A stretch of 64,000 nt of DNA, taken from assembly GCA_963727645.1 (NCBI GenBank), contig CAVSHA010000020.1:16409-80408 (forward strand), read 5' to 3'. The notes under the pieces were generated by a model. The model was not told where the DNA came from, did not search any database, and saw only the letters and a list, made by a program, of their open reading frames with translations. Position 1 is the first letter of the stretch, and the number at the start of each line of letters is the position of its first letter. This document shows positions 9,477 to 20,288 of the stretch, in pieces. Both the position numbers and the translations under genes were made by a program. This DNA is from an uncultured Acidimicrobiaceae bacterium. Its GTDB lineage: Bacteria; Actinomycetota; Acidimicrobiia; Acidimicrobiales; Bog-793.

Positions 9477-12341
9477 TTGACCGCACAGACCGCCTCTGGA
9501 CCGACGGGGATGGGCCCCTCTGACGGGCCTGTCACGAGCGGGGGCTACCCTGACGAGCTCGAATGTGACGTGTTGCTCTCCGACGGCCGCACGGCTCGAC
9601 TGCGTGCCATTCGGCCCGACGACGGCCCGGCGCTCCGCTCGTTCGGGCAGAGGTTGTCGAGAGAGACGGTGTACTTCCGGTTCTTCGCGCCGCGCCGGGG
9701 AATCAGCGACGAGGAGATCACGCACTTCGTAACGGTCGACTATCGAGACCGGTTGGCGCTCGTCGCCCTCGTTGACGGGGAACTTGTCGCGGTGGCCCGC
9801 TACGACCGCTCCCCCGCGGCAGCGGTGGACGTGCTCGGCGGCGGCGCAACCGGCACGTCCGGGTGGTCCCTTCAGGGCGGAGCCGGCGAGGCCGAGGTCG
9901 CGTTCGTCGTGCGCGACGACCACCAGGGGCGGGGGCTTGGCACTGTGTTGCTCGAGCATCTCGCCTCGGCGGCGGTCGCACGCGGGATCCGGCGGTTCGT
10001 GGCCGACGTCCTCCCCGACAACCACCGGATGATGGGCGTCTTCCGTTCGGCGGGGTTTGACGAGCGTGCTCTTCTCGACTCGGGGGTCATCCGGGTGACG
10101 CTGGAGCTCGCGGCTCAACCGGAGTACATCGAGCGAGTCGAGGAGCGTGAACGGACCGCAACAGTGCGCTCGATCGACCACATTCTCCGGCCGGCGGCGA
10201 TCGCCGTCATCGAGGCGAGCAGCGAGCCGGGCTCCGCGGGCCACGACATCGTCAGCAATCTCCTTGCCGGGGAGTTCACCGGTGTCGTCTATCCGGTCAA
10301 TCGGCAGGGCGACTCCGTCGGAGGTCTCCGGTCTTATCGCGTCGTGACCGACGTGCCCGGCCCAATCGATCTGGCAGTGCTCGCGGTGCCGGCACAGCGC
10401 CTGGCCGAGGTTGTGCGCCAGTGTGGGGCGAAGGGGGTCCGCGGCCTGGTCGTGGTCACCTCGGGCGACGTGGGTCAAGAGGCACAGGTCGCAAGCACCG
10501 ACCACGAGCTGGTCGAGCTCGCCCGTACCTTCGGCATGCGGCTCGTCGGGCCGGACTGCATGGGCGTCATCAACACGTGTCCTCAGGTCCGGATGAACGC
10601 CACCTTCGCCGAGCACGCACCACCGCGCGGCCGGGTTGCGTTCGCCTCCCAGTCCGGTGGCCTCGGGATCGCCCTGCTCGGCGAGCTCTCCGGTCGCGGG
10701 CTCGGGATATCGAGCTTCGTGTCCCTCGGCAACAAGGCCGACGTCAGCGGCAACGACCTGCTGCGGTTCTGGGAGGAAGACCCGGAGACCGACGTGATCC
10801 TGCTGTATCTGGAGTCTTTCGGGAACCCCCGGAAATTCAGCCGGATCGCGCGACGCGTCGCTCACAAGACGCCCATCGTCGCGGTCAAGAGTGCTCGCAC
10901 GACATCGGGATTGCGGGGCGCCCACACCCACAGCGCCGGCGCAGTTCCCGACCAGGCCACAGATGCGCTCTTCCGCCAGGCCGGGGTGATCCGGGTCCAG
11001 ACGTTGGAGGAGCTGCTCGATGTCGCCGACCTCTTGGTCAACCAGCCCCTTCCCGCCGGGCGGCGCGTCGCCATCGTTGGAAATGCAGGAGGTTGCGGGG
11101 TTCTTGCCGCCGACGCGTGTGAGAGCTATGGCCTCGAGGTTCCCGAGCTCGCGCTGGAGACCCAGAGTCGGCTGCTCGGTGTTGTCTCTCCGGGCGCGGC
11201 CGTGGGCAACCCGATCGATCTGGTCGCCTCTGCCACCGCCGAGGAGTACCGCTCCGTGCTCGAGATCGTCCTCGCCGACGACGGCATAGACGTGGTGGTC
11301 GTCACCTTCACTCCTCCTGTGCTCGTCGGAGCTGAAGACGTCGCCGAAGCCTTGGCTCGAGCCGCCTACACGACCACCAAGCCCGTGCTGGCGAACTTCA
11401 TCGCGACCGAGCAGACACTGCTGGCGTTGCGGGCAGGCCCGCGTCACGTTCCTTGGTTCGCTTTTCCAGAGTCTGCGGCTCGTGCGGTGGCGCGAGTGGC
11501 GCAGTACGGCGAATGGGTGGCTCGGCCCGAGGGGACCGTACCCAGCTTCGACGATCTCGACGTCGGTGTCTGCGCGCCGGATCGTGGAGGCCGCCTTGGC
11601 AGCTGGGCCAACCGCCGCCGCCTGGTCCACCTCCACACCGGCAGCCACACCGGCGAACTCGGTATGGCTCGACACGGTTGCAGCTTTCGATCTGCTCAAG
11701 GCTTACGGGATACCGATCCTGTCGTGCCTGCGGGCGTCGAGCGCGGCCGAGGCCGTCGAAGCAGCGAAAGCGGTGGGGTACCCGGTGGCCCTGAAGCTCG
11801 AAGCCCCGGACCTTGTGCACAAGAGCGATGTCGGAGGGGTCCGGCTCAACCTCGGCTCTGACGACGACGTGGCCCTTGCCGCCGAGGCGCTGTCGACCAC
11901 CTTCGGGCAAGGCGCATCGTTCATCGTTCAGCCGATGGGCCCCGATGGTGTCGAGTCGGTCGTCGGCGTTGTGGAGGACCCGTCGTTCGGACCGCTCGTG
12001 ATGTTCGCTCTGGGCGGCAAGGAGGCCGAGCTGTTGAGCGACCGGATCTGGTCGTTGGTGCCCATGACGGCACAGGACGCCCGTGACCTGGTGGGCGGGC
12101 TCCGGTCGTCGCCGCTCCTGACCGGTTACCGGGGCTCGGCACCGGTCGACGTGGAGGCACTGGCTGAAGTGCTTTCGCGAGTGGCCTGCCTCGCCGAGGA
12201 CCTGCCTGAGGTCGTCGAGTTGAACATGAACCCGGTCGTGGCCAGTCCTGGCGGCGCCATAGCGCTGGACGCGCGCGTGCCGCGTCGCCGCGCAGCTTGC
12301 ACGACCCACCGCTCCTGCGCCGAGCGATGCGGACGGCTTGA
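9477..12341 (+). pseudogene. Pat-like protein acetyltransferase (N-terminal GNAT + CoA-binding + succinyl-CoA-ligase-like + ATP-grasp), reading frame disrupted
   Basis: The frame of ORF 9411..11861 carries the GNAT domain (VVRDDHQGRGLGTVLLEHL), the CoA-binding part and the ligase-like part, up to ...PSFDDLDV near 11565. The ATP-grasp part (ARRIVEAALAAG...DLLKAYGIPIL...YPVALKLEAPDLVHKSDVGGVRL) continues only in the frame of ORF 11482..12729. A family-like C-terminus, HDPPLLRRAMRTA-stop (12300-12341), is back in the first frame. I chose the TTG at 9477 as start because GGGAGGGG lies just upstream; ATG 9510 is the alternative. Confidence 0.6.
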
Positions 12342-12365
12342 GCCGGCGGACCGGATCTCGTTTCT

Positions 12366-13337
12366 TCAGGCCTGGCCGGCCACCTCGTTGATCCTCCGCA
12401 TCACCTCGTCATCAAGCCGCTCGAGCACGTCGAGCGAGTGCAAGTTCTCGCGCAGCTGCTCGACGCGGCTCGCGCCCGTGATGACCGTTGACACATTCGG
12501 GTTGCAGGCGCACCAGGCGATGGAGAGCTGTGCGAGCGGACAACCGAGATCGTCTGCGATCACCTTGAGAGCCCGCACCTTCTCGCTGTTGTGGGAGTCC
12601 TCAAAGCTGGGGCGGAGCCATTCGAAGCCTGCGAGCGTGCCTCGCGACTGCTCAGGGATCCCTTCCAGGTACTTGCCCGAGAGCAGGCCCCCTGCAAGGG
12701 GACTGAATGTGGTGAGACCGATTCCGTAGTCCGCGATGACCCGGGCGTACTCGCGCTCGACACGCCTCCGCTCAAGGAGGTTGTACTGCGGTTGCTCGAC
12801 GACGGGCTTGTGCAGGTGGTGACGCTCGGCGATCTCGATCGCAGCCACGATCTCGTCTGCGGCCCACTCCGAAGTGCCCCAGTAGAGCGCCTTGCCGGCG
12901 CTGATGATGTCCGACATCGCTCGGACGGTCTCTTCGATCGGCGTTTCCGGGTCGGCGCGGTGGCAGAAGATGAGATCGAGGAAGTCGAGGCCGAACCGCT
13001 CGAGCGAGGCGTCAACGGCTTGCATGAGGTACTTGCGGTTGAGCGTGTTGACCATGTTCGGGACGTCGTTGATCCCCCAGAAGAACTTGCTCGAGACGAC
13101 GTACTCGTGGCGCTCCCAGCCCAGTGTCTTGAAGGCACGGCCCATGATCGCTTCCGAGCGGCCGCCTGCGTAGCTCTCGGCATTGTCGAAGAAGTTCACT
13201 CCTCCCTCACGTGCAGCCTCGAGGCAGCGCACCGCGAGGTCGTCGTCAAGCTGGTTGGCGAAGCTGACCCACGAGCCGAATGACAGCAGGCTCACTTTGA
13301 GACCGGATCGGCCAAGGCGACGGTAAGGCATCGACAT
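12366..13337 (-). CDS. Aldo/keto reductase (Kv-beta-subunit-like)
   Basis: 323 aa. [38 protein letters not shown] and [12 protein letters not shown] are typical AKR motifs. Confidence 0.9.
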   Translation of the reverse strand: MSMPYRRLGRSGLKVSLLSFGSWVSFANQLDDDLAVRCLEAAREGGVNFFDNAESYAGGRSEAIMGRAFKTLGWERHEYVVSSKFFWGINDVPNMVNTLNRKYLMQAVDASLERFGLDFLDLIFCHRADPETPIEETVRAMSDIISAGKALYWGTSEWAADEIVAAIEIAERHHLHKPVVEQPQYNLLERRRVEREYARVIADYGIGLTTFSPLAGGLLSGKYLEGIPEQSRGTLAGFEWLRPSFEDSHNSEKVRALKVIADDLGCPLAQLSIAWCACNPNVSTVITGASRVEQLRENLHSLDVLERLDDEVMRRINEVAGQA

Positions 13338-13416
13338 ATGTGGTCATCTCCAACTGATCGCATTCAGATCCGGGAGCGGATCGCGCCTCCGAAGATACCC
13401 GCGACCAGAAGCGTCC

Positions 13417-13443
13417 CGCTGAGCTCGCGGGCCGGGCTCAGCG
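13417..13443 (-). terminator. Hairpin just downstream of the tetR stop (candidate intrinsic terminator)
   Basis: CGCTGAGC (13417-13424) pairs perfectly with GCTCAGCG (13436-13443) around an 11-nt loop, 10 nt after the stop at 13454. There is no U-tract. Confidence 0.35.
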
Positions 13444-13453
13444 CAGCGCCGGC

Positions 13454-14284
13454 CTAGTGGCGCTTGGCCTTCGGCACCGTTGCGAGCAGGTCGGTCAGCA
13501 TTTCGGCGACGATCTTCCGCGTTCGGGCCACCGAGCAGCCTTGAACGGTGCGCAGGGTATCCCACGCCGACCAGCTGGAAGCCAGGTCGAGTGCGTCGAG
13601 CATGAGCGACCGACGTTTGGTGTCGAGACGCGACAGTTCCGGAGCGAAGACGTCGGCGACTTGGGAGCGAGCGATCGCGTACGCCTCCGCAAGTTGGTCC
13701 ACCACGAGCGGATGTGTCTGGCTGAGATAGATCGCGACCCTTCTGATAGGCGCAATTCTCTCGTACAGCTTCGCCCGCAGGCTTACGAGTGCCTCGACGC
13801 GTTCGCCCAAGTCAGGAGAATCGGGCCGCGGCGCAAGGTAGGCCAGTTGGGTCGGCCGAACCCTCGAGGCGGCTGCGACGAACAGGGCATCTAGGTCAGA
13901 GAAGTGACGGAACACCGTCCGCTCCGAGACCCGGGCACGAGCCGCGACCTCGGCGGCGCTCGGCAGGTATATCACGTTGGGTGGGCATTCCCGCACGATG
14001 TCGAGAACGGCACCCACGACGGCCTCATAGTTGCGCGCAGCACGCAGCCGGCGCCCGTCGGATTCCTTGTCCGTTGCCGCCCGGGCAGGTTGGGGCGCGG
14101 GCTTTCGTGCGGCCGGCGGGGACGAACGCTGAGAACCGCGGCGTGCACCCAAGGGCGGGCGGGGGCTCTGCCCTTGCGCCGAGCGGGTCGTGGTGGCCCG
14201 AGCACGGGAGGTTGTGGCGCCTGTCTGACCGCTGGAGCGTGCTGTGGGCGTGGCTCTGGTCGCGCGGGTCGCCATCAGTGACAT
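13454..14284 (-). CDS. TetR family transcriptional regulator with a long basic low-complexity N-terminus
   Basis: 276 aa. The HTH region is SAAEVAARARVSERTVFRHFSDLDALF. The first ~90 aa are R/T/A/P-rich. No in-frame ATG or GTG lies closer to the HTH; only a TTG at codon 45. Confidence 0.8.
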   Translation of the reverse strand: MSLMATRATRATPTARSSGQTGATTSRARATTTRSAQGQSPRPPLGARRGSQRSSPPAARKPAPQPARAATDKESDGRRLRAARNYEAVVGAVLDIVRECPPNVIYLPSAAEVAARARVSERTVFRHFSDLDALFVAAASRVRPTQLAYLAPRPDSPDLGERVEALVSLRAKLYERIAPIRRVAIYLSQTHPLVVDQLAEAYAIARSQVADVFAPELSRLDTKRRSLMLDALDLASSWSAWDTLRTVQGCSVARTRKIVAEMLTDLLATVPKAKRH

Positions 14285-14373
14285 CCGGGTGACAAATTGA
14301 TCACGATGAGCATCCTACTAAACACCGAAGCCATTAGATCGTCAGTGCGCCTGCCAGTTGCCGCCGGAGCTTC

Positions 14374-15420
14374 TCATCCGTCGGCGAGGAGGGCTCCACT
14401 GGCCGACTTCTCGATGGGAATGCCGGGAAGAGGGCTTGGCGCGGGACCTTGGAGGACCTCGCCGGTGACGGCAGAGTAGCTCGAGCCATGGCATGGGCAG
14501 CGGAACTGGAGTGCCGGCTGGAAGAATCCCACGGTGCAGCCCATGTGAGTGCACACGGCGCTGAAGCCGACATAAGAGTTCTCGGAGGGCCGGACCACGT
14601 AAGCAGGGATCCCCTGTGCGGGGTCGGTGAACTCTCGGGCGCCGCCGAGCGGCACGTCGCTGGCGAGCCCGATGACCGTACCCTTCGAGGAGCTGGCGCC
14701 TGGCGACGTGGTGTTCGGTCGTGACAGTCGCGGCGCGTTTGACGCCGGGACGGAGGTGCCCCCGAACCTTCTCCCGACTGCTGCCGCGATCGCGGCACTG
14801 ACGACAGCGAAGCTTGCAAGTGTGAGAGCGGAAGCCACCTTGCGAAGGGCCGCCCTGCGGTCCGGATCCGGTGTTTGCCGGTCCGCAAGCACTCCGGCCG
14901 CGGCTCGTTCCCTGTCGTGACGTGCCGCGAGCGCGGCGTCGACAGACCAAGCTCCGCTCCCTCCGATCAAAAGTGGGGTCCAGGCGAAGAAGAAGACGAT
15001 GTCCGAGCCGTAGAAGTAGGGGGTCGTGTTGAAGCTGACGGAGAGGAACAGGAGGAGTGAGACTGCCATGCCGCCCCCGGCAGCAACCCGTCCGAGCAGC
15101 CCGCACAACGTACCGAGACCGACAGCCAGCTCGCCGAAGGCGATCAGCAGGCCCACCAGCACCGGCTCGTGCGCTGACAGCCTGAGGAGCGGTCCGATCG
15201 GGCTCGAAGCGATCGACGCGTGCAGTTGCGCCTGGATGGACCCCGGGTTGGTGGCGTTGAAGAAGAAACGGTTCGCCAGCTTCTGCAGTCCTGCGTACGT
15301 GAAGGTCACTCCGAGGAACGCTCTGAGAATGACCTGCGGACCCCCGGGAGTGTTCCTCAGAGGCGCCAGCAGGCGTGCTGCCGACCGGGCCCGCGGCGCA
15401 GGACTCGGAGGTCCTGTCAC
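14374..15420 (-). CDS. Membrane protein with an N-terminal DoxX/DoxD-like domain and a C-terminal Rieske [2Fe-2S] domain
   Basis: 348 aa. The N-terminal segment is [17 protein letters not shown] plus further TM helices. The C-terminal Rieske boxes are CTHMGCTV and CPCHGSSY. Its GTG start overlaps the stop of the upstream MFS gene (15417-15420). Confidence 0.8.
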   Translation of the reverse strand: MTGPPSPAPRARSAARLLAPLRNTPGGPQVILRAFLGVTFTYAGLQKLANRFFFNATNPGSIQAQLHASIASSPIGPLLRLSAHEPVLVGLLIAFGELAVGLGTLCGLLGRVAAGGGMAVSLLLFLSVSFNTTPYFYGSDIVFFFAWTPLLIGGSGAWSVDAALAARHDRERAAAGVLADRQTPDPDRRAALRKVASALTLASFAVVSAAIAAAVGRRFGGTSVPASNAPRLSRPNTTSPGASSSKGTVIGLASDVPLGGAREFTDPAQGIPAYVVRPSENSYVGFSAVCTHMGCTVGFFQPALQFRCPCHGSSYSAVTGEVLQGPAPSPLPGIPIEKSASGALLADG

Positions 15421-17126
15421 TGGGTGAAGCTTGGAGACGGTTCACCCGAGAGGACGGTCGCCTGCACGGGCTCGGTCGAGCCGGACGAAGTGCCGTGTTC
15501 TGCCCCAACGGTGTGCACGGTCTTGCGGAGGCGGATCTCCGGCAGGGCGAGCGACAAGAAGAAGGCGATGGCGACCACCGGTGTGGCGATGAGGAAGACG
15601 GTGTCGATCGTGTGCACATAGGCGACAGCGGCCGCCTTGTGAATGGTCGCGGGCAGCAGCTTCAACTGGGCAGGGCTGCCCACGATCTCGCGGGCGATCT
15701 CAGGCACGTGGGCGCGTGCCGCGGCAGGCAGGGCCACGCGTAGGTTGCCGATGAGCCGGTCGTTCAGGACAGCGCCGAGCAGCGCGGTGCCGAAAGCTCC
15801 TCCCATCGACCGGAAGAAGGCAGCGAGGGACGTCGCGGTCCCGAGGTCCTTGTAGTCGACGCCGTTCTGGACGGCGAGGATCAACACCTGCATGACCAGA
15901 CCCAGCCCGAACCCGGTGACCAGCATGAAGACGGAGGTCACGAGGAACGAGGTGTGAATCGTCAGCGTGGAGAACAGCCCCATGCCGATGGTCATGAACG
16001 CGGTGCCGAGGATCGGGAAGATCTTGTACCGTCCGACTCGCGCGATGATCTGGCCGCTCCCGATCGAGGCAGTGAACAGGCCGGCCATGATGGGCAACAG
16101 CATGAGACCAGAGGTGGTCGGGGACACTCCTCTCACGACCTGGAGGTACACGGGCAGGTAGATGATCGCGCCGAACATGGCGACGCCGACGATGAAGCCA
16201 GCGGCGTTCGCCACCGAGAAGACTCTCTTGCGGAAGAGCCGGAGCGGGACGATCGGCTCGGACGCATAGTGCTCACGGACGAGGAAGCCGCAGACGAAGG
16301 TGACTCCGATCAAGACCATGGCGATTATCTGCGGCGACAGCCAGGCGTAGCCCTGTGGAGAGCCTCCGAGGGTCGTGACCAGCAGCAGGGCGGACACGCC
16401 CACGAGCAGGAGCACCGAGCCGAGGTAGTCGATCTTGTGCCGAGTGCGCGCGGCCCGGTCGCGAAGCACGATGCTCGTTACGACCAGCGCGATCGCACCG
16501 ATCGGAAGGTTCACGTAGAAGATCCAGCGCCAAGAGGCGTGATCGACGAGGAAGCCTCCGACAAGCGGTCCGGCGATGCTCGCGATTCCGAACACCGCGC
16601 CGAAATATCCCTGGTAGCGGCCACGTTCGGCAGGCGACACGACGTCGCCCACGATTGCCATCGCGAGCACGATCAGCCCTCCGGCCCCGAGGCCTTGCAC
16701 TGCGCGGAAGGCGATCAGCTGGTCCATGTTCTGGCTCAGACCGGCCAGGACGGACCCGGAGAGGAAGATGACGATCGCGAATTGGAAGATGCGCTTGCGG
16801 CCGTACAGGTCGGAGATCTTTCCGTAGAGGGGGGCGCTCACCGTCGAGGTGAGGAGGTAGGCCGTCACCACCCATGTCAGGCGGTTGAGGGAGTGGAAGT
16901 CGCCGACGATGGTCGGCAGTGCTGTGCTGACGATGGACTGGTCCAGCGCGGCCAGAAGCATCCCGAGCATCAGCCCGGAGAACACCACGAGGATCTGGCG
17001 GTGGCTCATGACGCCGCCAGAGTGCTCCTGGTCCGCCGTCGGGCTGTGGGGTCCGGCCTTCTGGTCACCGGCCGGCTGGCGGGAGTTGCGTTGGCCGGCG
17101 CCGAGCACACTGTCGGTGGTCGTCAT
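15417..17126 (-). CDS. MFS transporter, DHA2 (EmrB/QacA-like, 14-TMS) drug/H+ antiporter family
   Basis: 569 aa and highly hydrophobic, with [13 protein letters not shown] and [13 protein letters not shown] motifs. Its start overlaps the marR stop (ATGA at 17123-17126). Confidence 0.9.
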   Translation of the reverse strand: MTTTDSVLGAGQRNSRQPAGDQKAGPHSPTADQEHSGGVMSHRQILVVFSGLMLGMLLAALDQSIVSTALPTIVGDFHSLNRLTWVVTAYLLTSTVSAPLYGKISDLYGRKRIFQFAIVIFLSGSVLAGLSQNMDQLIAFRAVQGLGAGGLIVLAMAIVGDVVSPAERGRYQGYFGAVFGIASIAGPLVGGFLVDHASWRWIFYVNLPIGAIALVVTSIVLRDRAARTRHKIDYLGSVLLLVGVSALLLVTTLGGSPQGYAWLSPQIIAMVLIGVTFVCGFLVREHYASEPIVPLRLFRKRVFSVANAAGFIVGVAMFGAIIYLPVYLQVVRGVSPTTSGLMLLPIMAGLFTASIGSGQIIARVGRYKIFPILGTAFMTIGMGLFSTLTIHTSFLVTSVFMLVTGFGLGLVMQVLILAVQNGVDYKDLGTATSLAAFFRSMGGAFGTALLGAVLNDRLIGNLRVALPAAARAHVPEIAREIVGSPAQLKLLPATIHKAAAVAYVHTIDTVFLIATPVVAIAFFLSLALPEIRLRKTVHTVGAEHGTSSGSTEPVQATVLSGEPSPSFTQ

Positions 17127-17686
17127 CTCGTCGGCTCCTCCTGGGCGTTGTCCCGCGCAGCTGTCTCACAGCCCGTGAGCACTTCATTCGCGATGGCGGC
17201 AGCCTCGAGCATCTCCATGGTCGTCACGAGCTGCGCGAGCTGCTCGTCGGAAAGCGACACGAGGAGATCTGCTGTCTCCCTGCAGGCGCTCGCGTGAAGC
17301 TTGACCACCAGCGACTCGCCCGTGTCGCTCAGCGCCAAACGCACGACGCGGCGGTCCGTCGGGTCGTCGCAGCGAACGACGAGCCCCTGGCGGACGAGGC
17401 GGTCGACGACAGCGGTGGCTGCACTCTCTCCGACGTCGAGCTCCTTCGCGAGCTCGCGCATGGTCACTGATTGTCCTCTTAGGTACGTCAAGACGCTGAG
17501 CTGATGGCCCGTGACCGCATGAAGCTCGTCGCGCAGCTCTCGGTGCAGCAGAGCGCTGAACCGCCTTTGCATCTGCGGCTGGAGCTCGCAGTACCGGTCG
17601 ACCAGGACTTCGCGAGCCGACGGCTCTGGAGCACCAGAGGTCGGCGAGCTCGCCTGGCTCGGCGTTGTCCGGGGGATCGTCATCAT
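17123..17686 (-). CDS. MarR family transcriptional regulator
   Basis: 187 aa. The winged-HTH core is [58 protein letters not shown]. Confidence 0.85.
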   Translation of the reverse strand: MMTIPRTTPSQASSPTSGAPEPSAREVLVDRYCELQPQMQRRFSALLHRELRDELHAVTGHQLSVLTYLRGQSVTMRELAKELDVGESAATAVVDRLVRQGLVVRCDDPTDRRVVRLALSDTGESLVVKLHASACRETADLLVSLSDEQLAQLVTTMEMLEAAAIANEVLTGCETAARDNAQEEPTR

Positions 17687-17735
17687 GACGGGAGGCCTCC
17701 CGCTGAGTTACGTGATGTCACATGCAATAGAACAT

Positions 17736-17756
17736 TTCCACTCATGGAATATTCCA
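17736..17756. promoter_or_regulatory. Candidate MarR operator: TTCCA-N4-TGGAATATTCCA
   Basis: A perfect 12-bp palindrome TGGAATATTCCA lies at 17745-17756, with an extra half-site TTCCA at 17736-17740. It sits in an AT-richer patch 50-70 bp upstream of the marR start. Confidence 0.45.
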
Positions 17757-17892
17757 ACAGATGAAATGGTCGGTCTGCACTCGCGCCAAACTGAAGCTCA
17801 GCTCGTTTCCCTCGAGCGATGATGCCCAGTTGGTGGCGGTCTCGACCCCATCAGGCGTGCGTCACCGCCTCGCATGGCCCCTGGCTACGGGG

Positions 17893-18855
17893 TCAACCTG
17901 AGATGTCGAGGACGATCTTGCCGAGCTTGCCTCCAGCAGCGAACCGTGTGTACGCCGAGCTCACATCTTTGAGGCCGAACACCTCCTCGACGAGAACGCG
18001 GATTCGCCGCGCCGCGATCAATGGGAGGACCTGCCGCTCGACCAGTCGTGCGGCCAGGGCCTTGTCCTCGAGCGGACGAGCCCGCAAGGTGGAGCCCTGG
18101 ATGCGGGCACGACGGCTCATGAGCTGCAGCAGATCGATCTCGCCGCGTGCACCTGAGCCGACGCCGATGATCTGAAGACGACCTCCGATGGCAAGTGAGC
18201 CGACGTCGGCCTTGAGATTCGGCGCTCCGACGGTTTCCAGGATCACGTCGTAAGGGCCGTGTTCTGCCACATCGGCCGGGTCGACCGCCCTCGCGCCGAA
18301 AGCTTCCAGAGCGTCGCGCAGGTGAGCATGACGCACGCTCGCGACGACGGTGGCGCCGGCCACGACCCCAAGCTGGACTCCGGCGATGCCGACCCCGCCT
18401 GCAGCACCGTTCACCAGGACCCGCTCACCCGGCCTGAGACCGCACTGGGTGAACAGGGCATCGTGCGCGACCGTGAACGCCTCTGGGAATCCGCCGGCCT
18501 CCAGGCAAGCAAGCGTGTCGGGCACCGGTAGGGCGGTGCGTTCCTGCACGATCGCCAGCTCGGCTTGCGCGCCGCCGCCGACCACGGCCATGACCCGATC
18601 GCCGACGGCGAAGCGCTCGACACCAGGCCCAATCGCTGTCACAACCCCCGCGAGCTCGAGGCCGGGGATGTCTGCAGGACAACCCGGGGGAGCCGGGTAG
18701 CGACCGGCCCGCTGCATCAAGTCGGCGCCGTTCAGCCCGGCGGCCTGGACACCGACAAGGAGCTCGCCAGTCCCCGGGACCGGGTCGGGCCGTTCTCCCA
18801 CGACGACGGATCCCGCCTCGACGATGACAGCTTGCACTGCACGAAGCGTACGCAC
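17893..18855 (-). CDS. NAD(P)H:quinone oxidoreductase (zeta-crystallin/PIG3-type MDR family)
   Basis: 320 aa with GLNGADLMQRAGRYP, ELAGVV and the nucleotide-binding VLVNGAAGGVGIAGVQL. Confidence 0.9.
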   Translation of the reverse strand: MRTLRAVQAVIVEAGSVVVGERPDPVPGTGELLVGVQAAGLNGADLMQRAGRYPAPPGCPADIPGLELAGVVTAIGPGVERFAVGDRVMAVVGGGAQAELAIVQERTALPVPDTLACLEAGGFPEAFTVAHDALFTQCGLRPGERVLVNGAAGGVGIAGVQLGVVAGATVVASVRHAHLRDALEAFGARAVDPADVAEHGPYDVILETVGAPNLKADVGSLAIGGRLQIIGVGSGARGEIDLLQLMSRRARIQGSTLRARPLEDKALAARLVERQVLPLIAARRIRVLVEEVFGLKDVSSAYTRFAAGGKLGKIVLDISG

Positions 18856-18912
18856 GACAGCGGCAGGCCCGCGCCGGCTCAGCTGAGAGCGGGCCTCCGA
18901 AGTGTCAAGGAG

Positions 18913-20130
<1,218 letters not shown>

Positions 20131-20288
20131 AGTGCCCGCAACCTAACCCGGTGAGCAAAGACTTTGCAAGCACGCAGGGTCCCACCTGCGGTGCAGGTTT
20201 TCCCGCCAAGAATATGGACATTACAGCGTCGTTACGGTAACCGCGACTGAATTGTTACGGTGGTCATTCTGACAGCTACGTTGCAGCT

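Noticed and set aside
9357-11699. A 780-aa ORF on the minus strand, and similar very long antisense ORFs: 20724..22547, 29913..31520, 31549..33144, 42640..43707, 45822..47219, 53260..55461, 61769..63925.
   Set aside because: Each lies exactly opposite a gene with unmistakable family motifs (Pat-like, fumC, sufB, sufD, recG, plsX, ftsY/ffh, ABC transporter). Their translations are Arg/Gly/Pro/His-rich with no recognisable domains. Open antisense frames are expected at this GC content.
20131-20288. A possible c-di-AMP (ydaO-type) riboswitch in the leader of the NlpC/P60 hydrolase, because such riboswitches often precede actinobacterial cell-wall hydrolases.
   Set aside because: I could not find the conserved ydaO core or a pseudo-two-fold helix arrangement by eye. 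AT-rich -10-like hexamers near 20205-20225 suggest the leader is only about 80 nt. An Infernal scan would settle it.
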